A DNA stretch of 64,000 nt, taken from NCBI GenBank assembly GCA_964106645.2, contig OZ067043.1; one strand, 5' to 3'. Shown piece by piece: positions 27,550 through 40,658 of this stretch. The notes beneath the pieces are model-generated. The model saw only the letters and a program-made list of their open reading frames with translations. It did no database searches and had not been told where the DNA came from. Made by a program: the position numbers and the translations under genes. Positions within the stretch are counted from its first letter, which is position 1. Each line of letters starts with the position of its first letter. Source of the stretch: Podarcis pityusensis (Eukaryota).

Positions 27550-27655
27550 GCAGCCTTTGCCAGATGTTTTCGACTGCAATTTCCATTGGCCCCAGCCAGC
27601 ACCACCATGTTGGGAGTTGTAGACCAAAACTGTTTGGCGAGTATCAGGCTGCCGT
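27550..27655. mobile_element. hAT-type palindromic MITE (degenerate)
   Basis: CAGCCTTTGCCAGATGTTTTCGACTGCAA...TTGGGAGTTGTAGACCAAAACTGTTTGGCG...AGGCTG. Confidence 0.6.
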
Positions 27656-29435
27656 AGACACTTCACTGGATATTGAAATGCTTAAGGCACCCTGAGGTGT
27701 TAAAGAGCCAGCGTGGAAATGTTTAAATAACTAACTGCATTTTTAATACCTCTATGTCATCTAGCGGAGTGTGTGGGAACTGTTTTTTAGAAGTCCCAGT
27801 GCATGCAGGTACATTTCCGCTGGGTCGACATTATAAGGCGATGTTAAGAAATTGCTGCAGGTGCACTCTGACTGCTACCCAGGTGTATCTTAGCTGCTGT
27901 TTCTGTTCCGCCACAATGTGACATTGCTAATAATCAGAGAGAAGACCCTTGTACCAGCTGTTTGCATTGTCTAGACCTGCAACCCACTCTTCTTACACCC
28001 AACCTCCCATAAGCAAGGCCTGTGTAGCTTCGCTATGCGGCATCTTGCAGACAGCTTTTGTGGCTCACGGCTTCAGCGGATCTTCTATCTTCCTTTGCAA
28101 CAATAAGAAAGTGGACACCACACCTCCATCATCTTTGCCTTCATTGCTCTGCTACAAGCCTCTCTTTATCCTGCTCAGGGTGTTACCGTTTGTACAGTGA
28201 CCCTTAGCAGCTGACATAGACAGGTCAGCACCTGTATTCATTGCCAAGTAGCTGCATGTATATTTGTGTCCTTCTGTTCTCTTCATGCATGCCATGCTGT
28301 GTGACAAGTCACTGGTGTATCTGAAAGGACCATTATATGTCACATGGTTCTTGTAAAATGTTCAGCGTTATAACCCAGGTGCTTTGAAACCGTAAAATAC
28401 TGCCATCGTCGTTGGTTCAAATTCAAATCAATTTACAGTTCCACTTTAATTGATTTCGGTTCTGAACAGGCTTAGAATATTCTGCTTGTTGTAAGGTTAA
28501 TGTTTTCAATTTGTTTGTCATTCTGCTGCCTCTTCCATAGACTTTCCTCGCCAGTTTTGTTTGTTTGTCCTTGCCTGATAACATGACTGTTATTTTGACT
28601 CCTTTGTTACAAAGGCATTGCTTTCATTCAGTATTTAACACTTGGAAAGTCCTTTGCATTTCCACCCTCGTAGTTAGGATCCCCTTCCTTTAACTCTCAG
28701 GTTTTAGCTACAAATGAGTAGATAAAGGGTTGCTTTTAAAGTGGAAACATTGCAAACTGGCTACTTGTGGGGAATGATGATTTTTGTTGTTGTTGATTCC
28801 CTTGCCCAGTGCTGGGAACTGTCAAAAATTGCCTTCACTGTTCCCACATGTGGGAGTGTCTAATTCACAGAGAAGGAACTCCACTGTAAACAGAAGGAAT
28901 CCCTATTGCAGGAACGACTATTTAAATGTAACAAATTATGCTCCCTCTCTCTCTGTAGAGGAAATCAGTGGTCAGAGGGCTACTTTAAAAACTGTCACAA
29001 AGAAGCTGGCTCCAGTTCTGACTTGGCAATCACTATCACATAGCCCACATCTAAAATTCCTTGTAGGGCAGGATCAGCAGTTTTCATTCACTACCTTTTA
29101 AGCTGCTTTGTTATCCTGACAGTGAGAATAACAAAGTGAGAAAGGCCCTGGTGGTTCTGAATGGGGTTTGCTTTGTCAGAGTTCTTTGAAAGTCAGCCTG
29201 CAAGTTACTTACAGCTGTGTTCATTTGTTTTGTGTTAATGCATGTGAAACATCAGCAGTATTTTAGTTGCCCAGTTATAGAAACTAACTCTCCCACCTGA
29301 CCTGCCATTTTTTGTGCCTTTTCGGTAGTCAGTGTAAAAGTCTTACTAAGGCAACACCCGTGGCTTTAATGTGAACTACAGAACTCCAGGTCTGATCCTG
29401 AGTGGTGTTTTTATAATGCTGCGCCTCCTCTCCCC

Positions 29436-29498
29436 TAATATATAATATAATATAATATAATATAATATAATATAATATAATATAATATAATATAATAA
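29436..29498. repeat. (TAATA)n pentanucleotide microsatellite
   Basis: Read directly from the sequence; about 12 units. Confidence 0.95.
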
Positions 29499-29999
29499 GC
29501 AGCCAGTTCCAGACAGTGGAAACTTAGGGGAAAGGCTTATCACATAGGAGCGCGGGTGTGACTTCAAAAAGCTTCAGCTCTAGCAACTTGCATATGGAAA
29601 TTGAGCACCGGAATACAGAATATTCCTTGTCATCACCATGTAAGACTATAGTAGATTTCATTATGCAGCACTGAATAATAGCTTGATTTAAAGCATTAAT
29701 AAACTATACATATGCACTTTCTTGCTGTGGGAATCCAGGATTCTAATTTAGTGAAATGCCAGAACAGGTCTTTTGTGTTCAGTCTGAGGAGTGCTATGTG
29801 CAAATTCTAAATTATGCCCAGACGTATATATTACACCGTTTACTAACTCTAATTATAAAACTGGTTCACTGTTATTTTTTTAAGTATCCTAACAACTTCA
29901 TACAAAATGAGCTCCTCATATTTATTGGCCTCATTTTTGGGGGAGAGGAGGGGAGGGGCTGCAATAAGGGTGATTAAATTTAAAATGCTAATATCAGCA

Positions 30000-30642
30000 A
30001 CTGTGATCAGTTGTGTTCTGAATTGGAAAATAATGATGGGCTCAGTGATTGGCTACACAAGGGCCAATAGACTGAATACTAGTAAGACACAGGCTCTATG
30101 GATTGGTAGACTTTTGTCCCAGGTACTGAGCGACAGCCCATCCTAGATGTGGGTTACACACATTCCCTTGACAGAGCAGGGAAGGCTTCTTTGTCACTGG
30201 ATACCCAGGTGGTTTGGTGGCATTGAGTGCCTGTTTCCAGCTCCATCCATTCCTAAAAGGAGGGAGCTTTGTCGCAGTAATCCATCTTCTGGAAAACACC
30301 TGATGGATTACTCTTCTGCCTGCTACATGGGGCTGCCCTTAAAGACAGTCTGGAAGCTGCAGCTTGTTCATAATGCAGCTGCCAGAATTAGAAGTGGTCC
30401 AGCCCAGCAGAAACATCTTTGCATCAGCTGAGGGAGCTGCATTGCATTGGTTGCTTATTTGCTTCCCATTTCTATTCAATTCTAGTGATAATTCTGAATA
30501 ATCAGGGACCTGGGCACTTTAAGAAGCATTTCTCCCTGTATCCGCCTGAATGCATATTAAGATTTTCTGTATATGCCTTCCTTGATGCCCCAACTCACAT
30601 GAAATTATTTGAACAGCTAGAAATAAATGCAAATAAATAAAT
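30000..30642 (+). mobile_element. Degenerate L2-clade LINE 3' fragment (C-terminal part of ORF2)
   Basis: Frameshifted peptides ANRLNTSKTQAL, DYSSACYMGLPLKTVWKLQLVHNAAARI and ELHCIG match the post-RT region of L2 ORF2 (N.LKLNP.KTE / DYCN.LY.GLP...KLQLVQNAAAR / LHWLP). Ends in an AAAT-repeat tail. Confidence 0.75.
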
Positions 30643-33600
30643 GAAAGATCCCTGTAAATCCTGCCAAGTGCTCCTCATAAACAGAGGTTCTGTGCTGGAC
30701 TGTGCCCCAAAGGTTAGGTGGCAGACCATGGAAAGTATTCCTTCCGTTTAAACAGTTGGAAAATCGCTGCAGCATGGCGATTCAGATAGCTTTGTGTTAA
30801 TTTGCCTTCCACCCAGGTTAGGGTGGTGTCAGCTGAACCAAGTTAAGTTTTCAACGCATGTTCTCCCCCACCCCAGTTCCAGAAGTTGTATAATAGAGAT
30901 TACCAGGCTCCCACAGTTTTGCTTACTAGCTTTGCTGGTCCAGAACCGTGAATGACTGGCAGAAATTTTGTGTCCGTTGCTATTCCCCCACTTGGCTCCA
31001 AGGTTGGGAGCAGCCAAGGGTTGTTCGGCAGCTGTGCGGCCCAAGTGTCTGGAATGCCTTGGCTATATAGAGCAAACTGGCATGGTCTCCACCACCCAGC
31101 AACACCCCTGCACATATTCCTTTGTCCAGGTCAGGAAATAAAGTCAGGGTGTTTCCTTGTAAGCTGCTTAACTGAAGTGCCCAGAGGGCCTCAGTCACAC
31201 AGAGCAAACCTGGCAGGGAACAGTAAAGTCAGAAGCCAGGCAACCAAAGATTTTGGCTTGCCTATTAGAGCTAGTAAAAACCATTTTCGAACCTCAGCAG
31301 ACCCTTGGACATTACATTCTCCACTGCCCTGCATGTACAGAGCAGCTTGTCACATTTAAATACTTTGTTCATGGTAGGGAAACCAGAACCCCACATGACA
31401 CTTCACATGGTAGTGCTGACATTCCAGTCGATGCCCTTGGAACTTGCAGTGTGACACCTGGTGTCCAAATTGTCAATTCTCCCCAGTCTTGGGTGCTTTT
31501 AAAGTGCATATGGATGGGCCTTGTTGGAGATGTTTATCAGCTGAAAGCAGCCATCAGTGTGGAGGGAAGTAGGGGGGGGGAAAGGGATGCTTAAATCTAC
31601 TTACATCCTGGCTTAATGCCGAAAGCTTCTTTCTTTTCAAGCAGCTGGTTTCCCTTGGCTAAGAGTGGCTTTGGCCTCAGCCGTGAATAGTTCAAAGCCT
31701 AGTATGGCTAATAGGTTCCGACCTCTCTGTCAGCTGTCACACATTGGCACTGGTTGTAAGTTTATGCCAGACAATGATATTTCCTTGTGTTGCAATCCTT
31801 TTTGTTGTTGCTGGTTTTTGGAAACGAAGCAGCGGTTCAAAACATTCTGTGCGTATATTGTGTTTCCTAGAAGATGCAGCCTTGTTCACGTACAAAATAA
31901 CATTTGACTTGGACACGGCATACAAGTTTGGGTACGTAAATAACATCCAACTCTGGATATCCCTGGCACCTATTTGGTACCCATAAAAGCACAGCAGAAT
32001 TATTTTGTCATTTTGTCATTTCAGCCCTTTTGATTAGGAAGCAATATATGGAACTAAAGTAAAATAATGAAACAGAGCTTGTTGGCATCTCACTTTTCGA
32101 TCTCATTTTATGATGGGGCATTCTTGGCGGTCTGTGGCATTCCATTGTCCAGAGCGGCAGGCGTTGGCCTTCTTTTGGCAGTGCTGAGCTGAGAGGTTTA
32201 TGCAGTGCATGCCAATAATTAGTGTTCTTGGTTCCTGCCAATCTTACATGGGGGCCCTCATTTCTGAACTTTCAGGACCTGTCAACTAGGATTTATACTT
32301 TTCAAATCCCTGATGAGAAATATTAACTTCTTTGATTTTTTAAAAACTTTCAAGGAACGTGCATGCACAGGCAGTAATTTATTCTGAAACTAAATCCTAT
32401 CATACAACCTAGGACTGTACTTCTCAAAAGGTGTTCAGATGTCATTGATCTTGGGGAGAGTGCCTTTACAACCATGATTGTGATAGCACAACCAAGTCCT
32501 GCTTTCGTATCAGTTGCATTAAAATAAAGGAGATTGCATCTGGAAGTAGTGTGGTGAATCAGTCAGAGCATTAATAAGGTTTGTTGCTCAAAAAATAATC
32601 AGAAATGTATTTCTGCCTCTGCAAAAGAAGGAAGCATGTTTGCAAAGTCTGACTAGAAACACTAGTCACTGTTGCATGTGACTGTGTAATTTGCTTTTTC
32701 TTTCAGCTATTTGGAACACTGCCATACTGGAAAATAATAGTTCTACCTAGCATATATTTTCATTCTGGAGCCGCTATGTAGTAATACCCTTCATTGTTGT
32801 CATAAGCTAAAATCACCAATCAAATGATAAAGGTATAATTTATGCTAAACTGGTGCTTGGGTCTAGAAGCTCTTTCAGAGACTAACAATTCAGTAGAGAC
32901 TGCTTTTATACGTATGGCTATATAAAATGCTTATTAATGGCAGCAGATGTTGCACTTTAATCCCTTAAAATGATTGTTTGGTACCAGCAGGAGATTTATT
33001 AAGCCTGAGTTGTGTGAAATTGCGTGTGCATAAGCTGCTATTTAGATTGTAAAAATGCCATTGAAAACTGTTAAAAAAGTTCTGCCTGTAATTGGCAGAG
33101 AGGTATTAGTTCTTCCCAAAGAAGTCTATGTGTACTCTTGGCCCTTGTGCTCCAACCTCTTTATCATTTATCTTCTTGTATTAATGTCACTGAATTATTA
33201 ATTTATACATTGGGTTGGATGGGGTGAAGGCACCATTTAAATGTGTGGCAAATGTATCCTTATCGCAGGAGACATGAAAGGAGTCATTTTGTGTTATCTG
33301 CAAAATGGAAAGGACATTTTAAAATTTCATTTACAGTAATCGACTTCTCTTCCAGTAAAACACCTAGATTATTGCTACCATAATATAATGCTCTTATTAA
33401 AATTTTGTAATCTTCTTCACTCTTTTCACTTATAAATAAGGTTGATGGACAAATTCTGGCTTCATTTGTGCGGTTTTTACTGTGCGCTTTTACTATCTGA
33501 TAATCACCGGGCAAATTGAGTGTGCTGTTAATTGTGGTTCAAAAATGTAATTCGTATTAGTTGCATGTGTGTAGCAAGCGAGGCCAAAATTATGAGCATA

Positions 33601-35010
33601 ATTATCAGGGCAGGCGCTAGGAATTTACAGAATGAACATTGCATGCTGTGAAATAGCTATCTCTAAAAAGCAAGGTCATCAAATGACAATCATCATCAAA
33701 TTCTGCAGGATTTTGTGAGTGTGAAAATCATGAATTAAATTTCAAAAAGTGAATAATTAATGTGGCAACAGAAATATATGAGGATTTGAATATGTTCACA
33801 ATTGGCAAGACACTACTTAAGTTGAATATACTACCAGGGTTTCACTTGATGTTCAACAGGGAATTTTGAGCTAGGAGTTTCAAAGCTGGTTTGAAGTATG
33901 GGCGTGCAGGAAAAGGCTTTGAATACATAGGGAAGGCTAGTATATGTAGAAGAAACTTTGGAAAGCTACCCAGAATGTGCCATTCAACATAAACTTTGTG
34001 TATAAGTGAGAAAGAGTGCCAAAGAGGTTCAAAATGAAGTTGCTGGAGCGTTTTCTGTAGTTTTGTAAGTCTCTTGGAGAGAGATCAATTTCTGGAAAAC
34101 TTTTGTTCAATCAAAATCAGTTTAGAGGGAAGCTCTACGTGTGTATTCAATGCTCTTGTTCGTCAGCTCAAATACTTTTGGCTGCACAACGGAAGTTTCC
34201 CCCCGTCTTCTGTGCAAGCCCCCTAAATCTGTTCCGGGGTTCCCTCCAGAGGAAATCTGGGAGGGGCATGTAGTATACGTTGGGAAAAGAGCTGTTGCAT
34301 AAATGGAATGTGTGCATTGGATACCTTACTCATTTCCTGTGTGTTACACTTCTACCCAGTGTTTGAAACTCCCATTGTCCTAGGCACATTTTGCAACAGG
34401 GAATTTCATTAGCGTGAGCAGTTTCTGAGCTCTGGGCGCAGTACTGTGCCTAATATTTCAGATTAAAACTGCAGAGTTTTTCTGCCTCCCCACAGCTGCT
34501 CTCTGAAGACTGGAGAAGAGACCCTATTAAGAATATTAGGGGTGTGGGCAGGGGAAGGACTAGACCATGTGAAAAATGAATGTCATATTTTAGCTGAAGT
34601 TCATTCATTTTCAGCTTTGTATTCTTGTTATAAAAAAGCATGGCTAGACAATTCAATTGTTGTGCCCATAACCTAGGTCTAAAGTGCAATTTAGCTCCTA
34701 GCTTTCGTATACTGTATCTTAATTTCTAACACTGCTTCTTCCGTTTTCCACTCTGTCATCTAAAGCTGATGGATTTTAGCATCCAAAGAGAAAATGTAGA
34801 ACAGTAGTCCCAATTCACCCCTCACTGAATGTTTTTATTTTAAAAAGAACAGCAACATAAACATATGTGGTTTGGAAGCAGAGATAGTCCCCCATCTTGA
34901 ATCACTCTCTGAAACATTTGCCTCACGCGTTGCCATAATATTTCAAATAATATTTGACAGGTTCTAAAAGCAGCAGACAAAGACCCTACCTCCTTTCAAC
35001 TCTATAAGGA

Positions 35011-35146
35011 CAGGGTTTCCCAAACTTTGGTCTCCATCTGTTTTTGGACTGCAACTCCCATCATCCCTAGCTAGCAGGACCAGTGGTCAGGGATGATGGC
35101 AACTGTAGCCCCAAAACAGCTGGAGACCCAAGTTTGGGAAACTCTG
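35011..35146. mobile_element. hAT(Charlie)-type palindromic MITE
   Basis: CAGGGTTTCCCAAACTT...AAGTTTGGGAAACTCTG TIRs. Nearly the whole element is an inverted repeat (CCATCATCCCT/AGGGATGATGG), with TATAAG in both flanks. Confidence 0.85.
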
Positions 35147-35461
35147 GTATAAGCTAGCTAACACAGTCACAGGGATAAGAAATGCATTAACAATTTGATG
35201 TCTGGTTGAAGAGGCACTGGAACAAAGCTCACTTTGGGTGTTGGGCAGGTCTCCTTGGAGAGAGGACCCCACTGGTGTGTGTATGGTGGGGAGGGAGCCC
35301 CTAAAACACAGTATTGTTCCCCCTAAATGTTGGAGTACAACTCTCATCATCCCTGACTATTGGTCATGTTGGAGGGCCACGGTTTGCTACTCCTGATAGA
35401 TAACAGTGAGCTGGATGGAATATGTTTTGATGCAGCAGCCTTTGTTCCTTCATTACTATCC

Positions 35462-35830
35462 AGGAGGTGGGTGGCACTGTGGCCTAAACCACTGAGCCTC
35501 TTGGGCTTGCCTATCATAAGGTTGGCAGTTGGAATCTGTGCGATGGAGTGAGCTCCCATTGCTTTGTCCCAACTCCTGCCAACTAAGCAATTCAAAAGCA
35601 TACCAGCACGAGTAGATAAATAGGTACCACTGCGGTGGGAAGGTAAACGGGGTTTCCTTGCGCTCTGGCACTCATCGCAGTGTCCTGTTGCTCCAGAAGC
35701 GGTTTAGTCATGCTGGCCACATGACCTTGAAAAAAGCTGTGGACAAACGCCAGATGCCTCAGTCTGAAAGCGTAGATGAGCACTGCACCCCATAGTCTAA
35801 GGACTAACCATCCATGGGTCCTTTACCTTT
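35462..35830 (+). mobile_element. Sauria (Squam1) SINE, more diverged copy
   Basis: Same head, body and CCTTTACCTTTA tail. TSD TTACTATCC at 35453-35461 and 35829-35837. Confidence 0.9.
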
Positions 35831-36034
35831 ACTATCCCTGAGGGAACAAATAATATTGCAGGATTAAGATTAGTAAGTATAGCAGCTTGGGCAAAGTCCC
35901 CATAGATTTCAGTAAGGCCCCCTGAAGTTAGACTAACTTCTGCATGTCGCCCAAATTCTATCCTAATTGGCAGCAGTGCTGTTATTGCATGGGGCTAATT
36001 TAATGAAGCAGTATATCCAAAGCACTTCACATCT

Positions 36035-36243
36035 ATCCTGAACTAGCCATGATGGCTTTGCTCTGCTTCCATAGCAAGAGGCAGCAATACGTCTGAGTAC
36101 CAATTGCCGAAATCCACAGAAGGAATCTTGTACTCAATTCCTGCTTATGGGTTTCCCACAGGTATCTGATTGGCCACTGAGAGAACAGGATGCTGGACTG
36201 GGTGGGCCATTGGCCTGATCCAGCAGGTCGTTCTTACGTTTTT
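36035..36243 (+). mobile_element. CR1 LINE 3' UTR fragment
   Basis: TTGGCCACTGAGAGAACAGGATGCTGGACT...GGGCCATTGGCCTGATCCAGCAGG...TTCTTACGTT, a typical squamate CR1 3' end. Confidence 0.7.
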
Positions 36244-36389
36244 ATTTGGGTATAATCATTACAGCAACCGTGTAAGTTAAGTTTTTTACTCTCCATGTTG
36301 CAGATGCTGGGCCCATAGGCACTGACTGAGGGGTTCAGGCAGTTTTGGACCCCCAGATATATTTTTTGAGGGGCCAGGCCACCTCAGTA

Positions 36390-36635
36390 CAGTCATACCT
36401 CGGGATAAATACGCTTCAGGATAAGTATTTTCGGGTTGCGCTCCGCGGTGACCTGGAAGTAACAGAGCACGTTACTTCCGGGTTTCACCACTTGCGCATG
36501 CGCAGACGGTCAAAATGACGTCACACACATGCGCGGGAGTGGCGAAACACGGCACGTGCCGACGCGTCTTATGTTCTGTTCAGGATGTGAACGGGGCTCC
36601 GAAACGGATCCCGTTCGCATCCCGAGGTACCGCTG
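36390..36635. mobile_element. Tigger/pogo-like MITE, CpG-rich
   Basis: TA|CAGTCATACCTCGGGAT ... ATCCCGAGGTACCGCTG|TA: imperfect TIRs with a TA duplication. Confidence 0.82.
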
Positions 36636-36692
36636 TATTCAGAATAATGTTGTGTTCTCCTCTGGAGAATGTGGTTTCTCTGGGTGGGATTG

Positions 36693-36696
<4 letters not shown>

Positions 36697-36730
<34 letters not shown>
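36697..36730. repeat. (AG)n microsatellite
   Basis: Read directly from the sequence. Confidence 0.95.
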
Positions 36731-36732
<2 letters not shown>

Positions 36733-37959
36733 CTTTGCATAATGCCATGTAGAGGCACCATTCTAATGGAGGGGTTCCTGGTCCACAGCTCAATGTCTTT
36801 TCCAGTGTGCTTTGCCAGTTCTAGATTGTTCAACGAGATGGCAGTTTCTCCGAAGCTCACATGTCTACACACACTTCATTCCACATGGCTGAGAAGAGAG
36901 CGTATTAACAAACATCCCACTTCATATGCAATAAATGGATACGAAGTGTGGCAGAAGTATGTTCTATGGGGGAAGCTTCGGGAGTACCTTGAACTGAGGT
37001 TCATTTCTTCTTCATTTCCTTTAGTGGTCGCTTTTGGAGACCTCATACCGGGAGCAAGAAGGGGGATGCCACATTGTCCGATTCAGAAAGCTTTTAAGCA
37101 CGGCTTGGTGGAAAGTCAGGAAACAAAGTTAAACAAACAAACAAACATACCATTTAAAAGCCCTTGGTTTCTCTTGCTCTTACCTTGGGGTCATGGAAGC
37201 TAGCCTGCAAAGCCACACAGTCATGCTCAGATGCTGTTTCTCTTGTGAGACCCCTGCCCCTCACCCGTCTGCCTACACCTAGTAGTGGTGCTGCTGCCTC
37301 TGCCGCTGTGGGCAGTTGCTACTTGCCTCAGCTCAGGGGCTAAATTGTAAGCCTGTACTTTTTTAAAAAACAAAACAAACACCTCTCCCCAACACTCGCT
37401 GTTTCCTCGTTTAGGGGCTCCTTAAATGTGCAGCTTTATAATCTAGTTGTTTGCGAAGTGATATCTTTTAATGGTCTAGAAGGGGAATGGGAGCAAACTG
37501 GATATAAAGCAAGGAGAAAGAGAGACTCTCTCTCTCTCTCTCTTCCACCCCTCCCATTTTAAAACATAATTATTATAAAGCCTCCTAAATGTTCTGCTCC
37601 CCTGCTGCGTAAAGTGGCATGTCTGGAAAATCGCTTTATGTCAGTGACTGGCAGCAGGCACTGGTTCTCCCCCCCCCTTTTTTTATTCCTTTTTTTCTGC
37701 TGATGATAGGCATAGTGGGGTTAGGTGAAGGGCTGGCTTATAGTTTTGTGTAGCTTCCTTCCACAAGTCAGATTTCCCCCTATGGATTCTCTTGCTTTGT
37801 TTTGGTGGTAATTTAAAGATCCCATGCTATTGATCCCCCCCCCCCTTTCTTTTGGTAAGCTAAGTAGTGCATTCCAGCCAACATATTTCTCTTGCTAGCT
37901 CTTTCAGATATTATTACCATTAGAGATTAAAATAGCACCACGGCCCACATGTGGGATAC

Positions 37960-37961
<2 letters not shown>

Positions 37962-37998
<37 letters not shown>
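37962..37998. repeat. (GA)n microsatellite
   Basis: Read directly from the sequence. Confidence 0.95.
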
Positions 37999-38002
<4 letters not shown>

Positions 38003-40566
38003 GTAGCTTTCATGTTCGTCTGCAGAGAGGCGTTCCACTACCTTGAGATAATTAAATGGTCTGTAAAGCATTTGGGGAATAAGGCTTCACGGAAAGCACT
38101 CTAATAGTTTATTTTATTTTTTTGTTGTTGGTTTTTAATGGGACTAATCTTTGCTCCACTGGGGCTTTGGGGCTATCGGAATGAGAGTAAGGAGTTGAGG
38201 AATTCTCTTTACAGATGTACTAATGGTGCTTTTAAAAGACAAAGAGAGGATAAAGAAGAGAGGAGGGGGATTCAGAATGAGACAGAATATAGCATTTAAC
38301 GATCGGGTGTTTACAGTCTAATTAAATATATTTAGTATCACTGTTGTCATAAAAGCTGGCTTTCTTTAAAATGTGAATTACTACATCACCATGATAAAAC
38401 ATTGCCTGAGGTCATGATCTTATTAGGTCCTAAACTACTTACTCATGAGTTACTCTGTTGTTCAGGAATTGTCTCACAAATGTCAAGTGGGTAAGTGGTT
38501 TCAGGACTGCGGTTATGAACATGTGCAGTTCTGTGTGGTGCGTTTTTCTCTTGCTATAGTTACAGATTTTTCATAATTGCTTGCATGCTCATCAGATGTG
38601 TTTTATCTCCAGTTACCTCATTGTTGCCAAGAAATCTCTGTTGGTGGTATTGATGAGCTAATATATGACAGATCTTGGGTCATTATTATTTCATTTAGTG
38701 GTTGTATGTATAGACCAAGAGGGAATCTGAATATTGATTCACTGAATGGCTAGTAACAATGATTTATGAGCTAGAAATTCAGCACAGTGAGCCAAATAGA
38801 GTAGCAAGATTACATCTTATGAGCTACCATTGATTTTGTTTCATATTTTGCTGCACAGTGATTAGACCAGGATATCACAAATATTAGCTCTGAAGCTATG
38901 TTCTTTCTAGAAGAATCAGGATTGCAGAGTAAATTATCGATAATGCAAATGCATGTTTATCCACATTGACTAGAGAAGCACTCCTTCTCTTCTTTAACAT
39001 ATTTGCTGTCACCGCTCTTAGTTACTGCCGATCTACCCTCCCAAGGTTGTCTGGACTTGAATGTGCATTCCTTAATACATTTTCCAAAGTTGACGTTCGT
39101 TGTTTCAAAATAGCTTTGCTGCCAATAGAGAGAAAAAGCACTGCAAAACCTGAATGCCTATTTACAGATGTTAGTCTGCTGAGGAAAGAAGCAGGCTGTA
39201 TACTCTGAATACAGTGCAAGGAGCAGACAGTTCCACAGCTGCCTGCAACTTATCTCCCTGTTGTGCCATCAACATTATACTCAAAATACGGTTTATTGTT
39301 CAGATATGTAACAGAAGGCAAAGTTACAGCATATCTACAGAAAGCTTTCCATACTGAATGAAAGCCCTCATAGTGCATTATATTTTGTAAACTTTCATAG
39401 CTCTAAACTATGCTTAGACCAGCGATAGGGAACCTGCGGCCTCCAGAAATTCTTTGACTTCAGTTGCCTTCCAACTCAGGCAGTTTGGCCAATGTTCATG
39501 TTTGACAGGAAGGTACATGTTTCTTAGGTTAGACTGAGGCCCTGTTCAAAAATGACTTAGCAGTGAAACATCTCAATCAAGCACAAGTCTGAAATGCACA
39601 CCTCCAGTGTGACCTCTGGTCCATCAGATGCATGCAGCAGAAGTCCTGTGCAGGTGGGCAGAGTGGTGGGTTAGCTCTACCATCCCAGGCTGCCAATCGC
39701 ATGTTTGGTTGTCCTCCTGTACCCTTCGTGGTAAACCGAGTTATTGGTTTGCCTTATCCGTTTGTCCTCCATGTCCTTATATGACGTTATTTTTAAATAA
39801 ATAACGGTATAGCCCACACTTCAAATATTTCTCCCTTGATCCCGTAGTTGGCTAATACAATAAGTAATCCATGTGGATCCATGCTTTGTAACCACGGAGG
39901 AGGGAAGGAAGGGGAACCATGGATCCTCTGCTCATGACTGCAGCAGATCCCCCCCCCCCCGCCACCCGCAGGCATTCGCTCCATAACACGCACAGACATT
40001 TCCCCTTACTTTCTAGGAGGAAAAAAGTGAGTGTTATGGTGCAAAAAATACAATAGCTTCTCTCATTTCACACCTTATTCACCACTTGTTTGGCAGGGGT
40101 ACCATGGTGGAAAAAGCCTCTGATTGTGACTGTAGTGTAGTGTAGCTTCCTAACATCATCATCATTATTATTTTTAACCCATGGGCAGATATGGAATTCT
40201 GAGAGAATGTTCTGGGCCCTTCACTATTGAGAATTATGATTGGGTAGAAACAAGAGCTTTGATGCACTTACACTCTGTTTCCTTCCTACTCTGCCCTCTT
40301 TTCTCTCAGTTGCACCCCAACCTAGGCTGCTTCCTTTGTTTCTTACCCTATTATGGACCTTTCCTTCTTGCACCAAGGTCTTATTTGCAGCTATCCCTTT
40401 GGTATCTCTTCTCTTCAGAGTCTGCACTATTTCCTGCTCCAGGCATCCAGTTAGAATTGATCTCGTTTTTCTTGTAACATCCAATTAGAACTGTTCTCTC
40501 ACTTCTAATCGGACGCTACCAGAGAGAACACTTTTCTGAGTCTGCTGGCCAGTCGCAACCAAGCTC

Positions 40567-40658
40567 AGCCTGGATGGCTCAGTTGGTCAGAGCATGGTAC
40601 TGATAACACCCACAAGGTTGCAGGTTCTATCCCCATGTGGGATAGCTGCATTCTATGA
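40567..40658 (+). mobile_element. tRNA-Ile-like-headed SINE remnant with a short TTCTATGA tail
   Basis: GGCTCAGTTGGTCAGAGCATGGTACTGATAACACC...GGTTGCAGGTTCTATCCCC resembles tRNA-Ile and ends in GCATTCTATGA. Confidence 0.65.

Noticed and set aside
30147-30431. 94-aa ORF as a host exon
   Set aside because: It is a frameshifted L2 ORF2 relic.
32690-32840. Isolated acceptor-like sites (32706; also 18212, 22744, 42366, 47588) as extra exons
   Set aside because: Such motifs are frequent in long AT-rich introns, and I found no convincing paired donor or coding similarity.
40567-40645. Apparent tRNA-Ile gene
   Set aside because: It has an insertion in the anticodon/variable region, a degenerate T-loop and a SINE-like tail.
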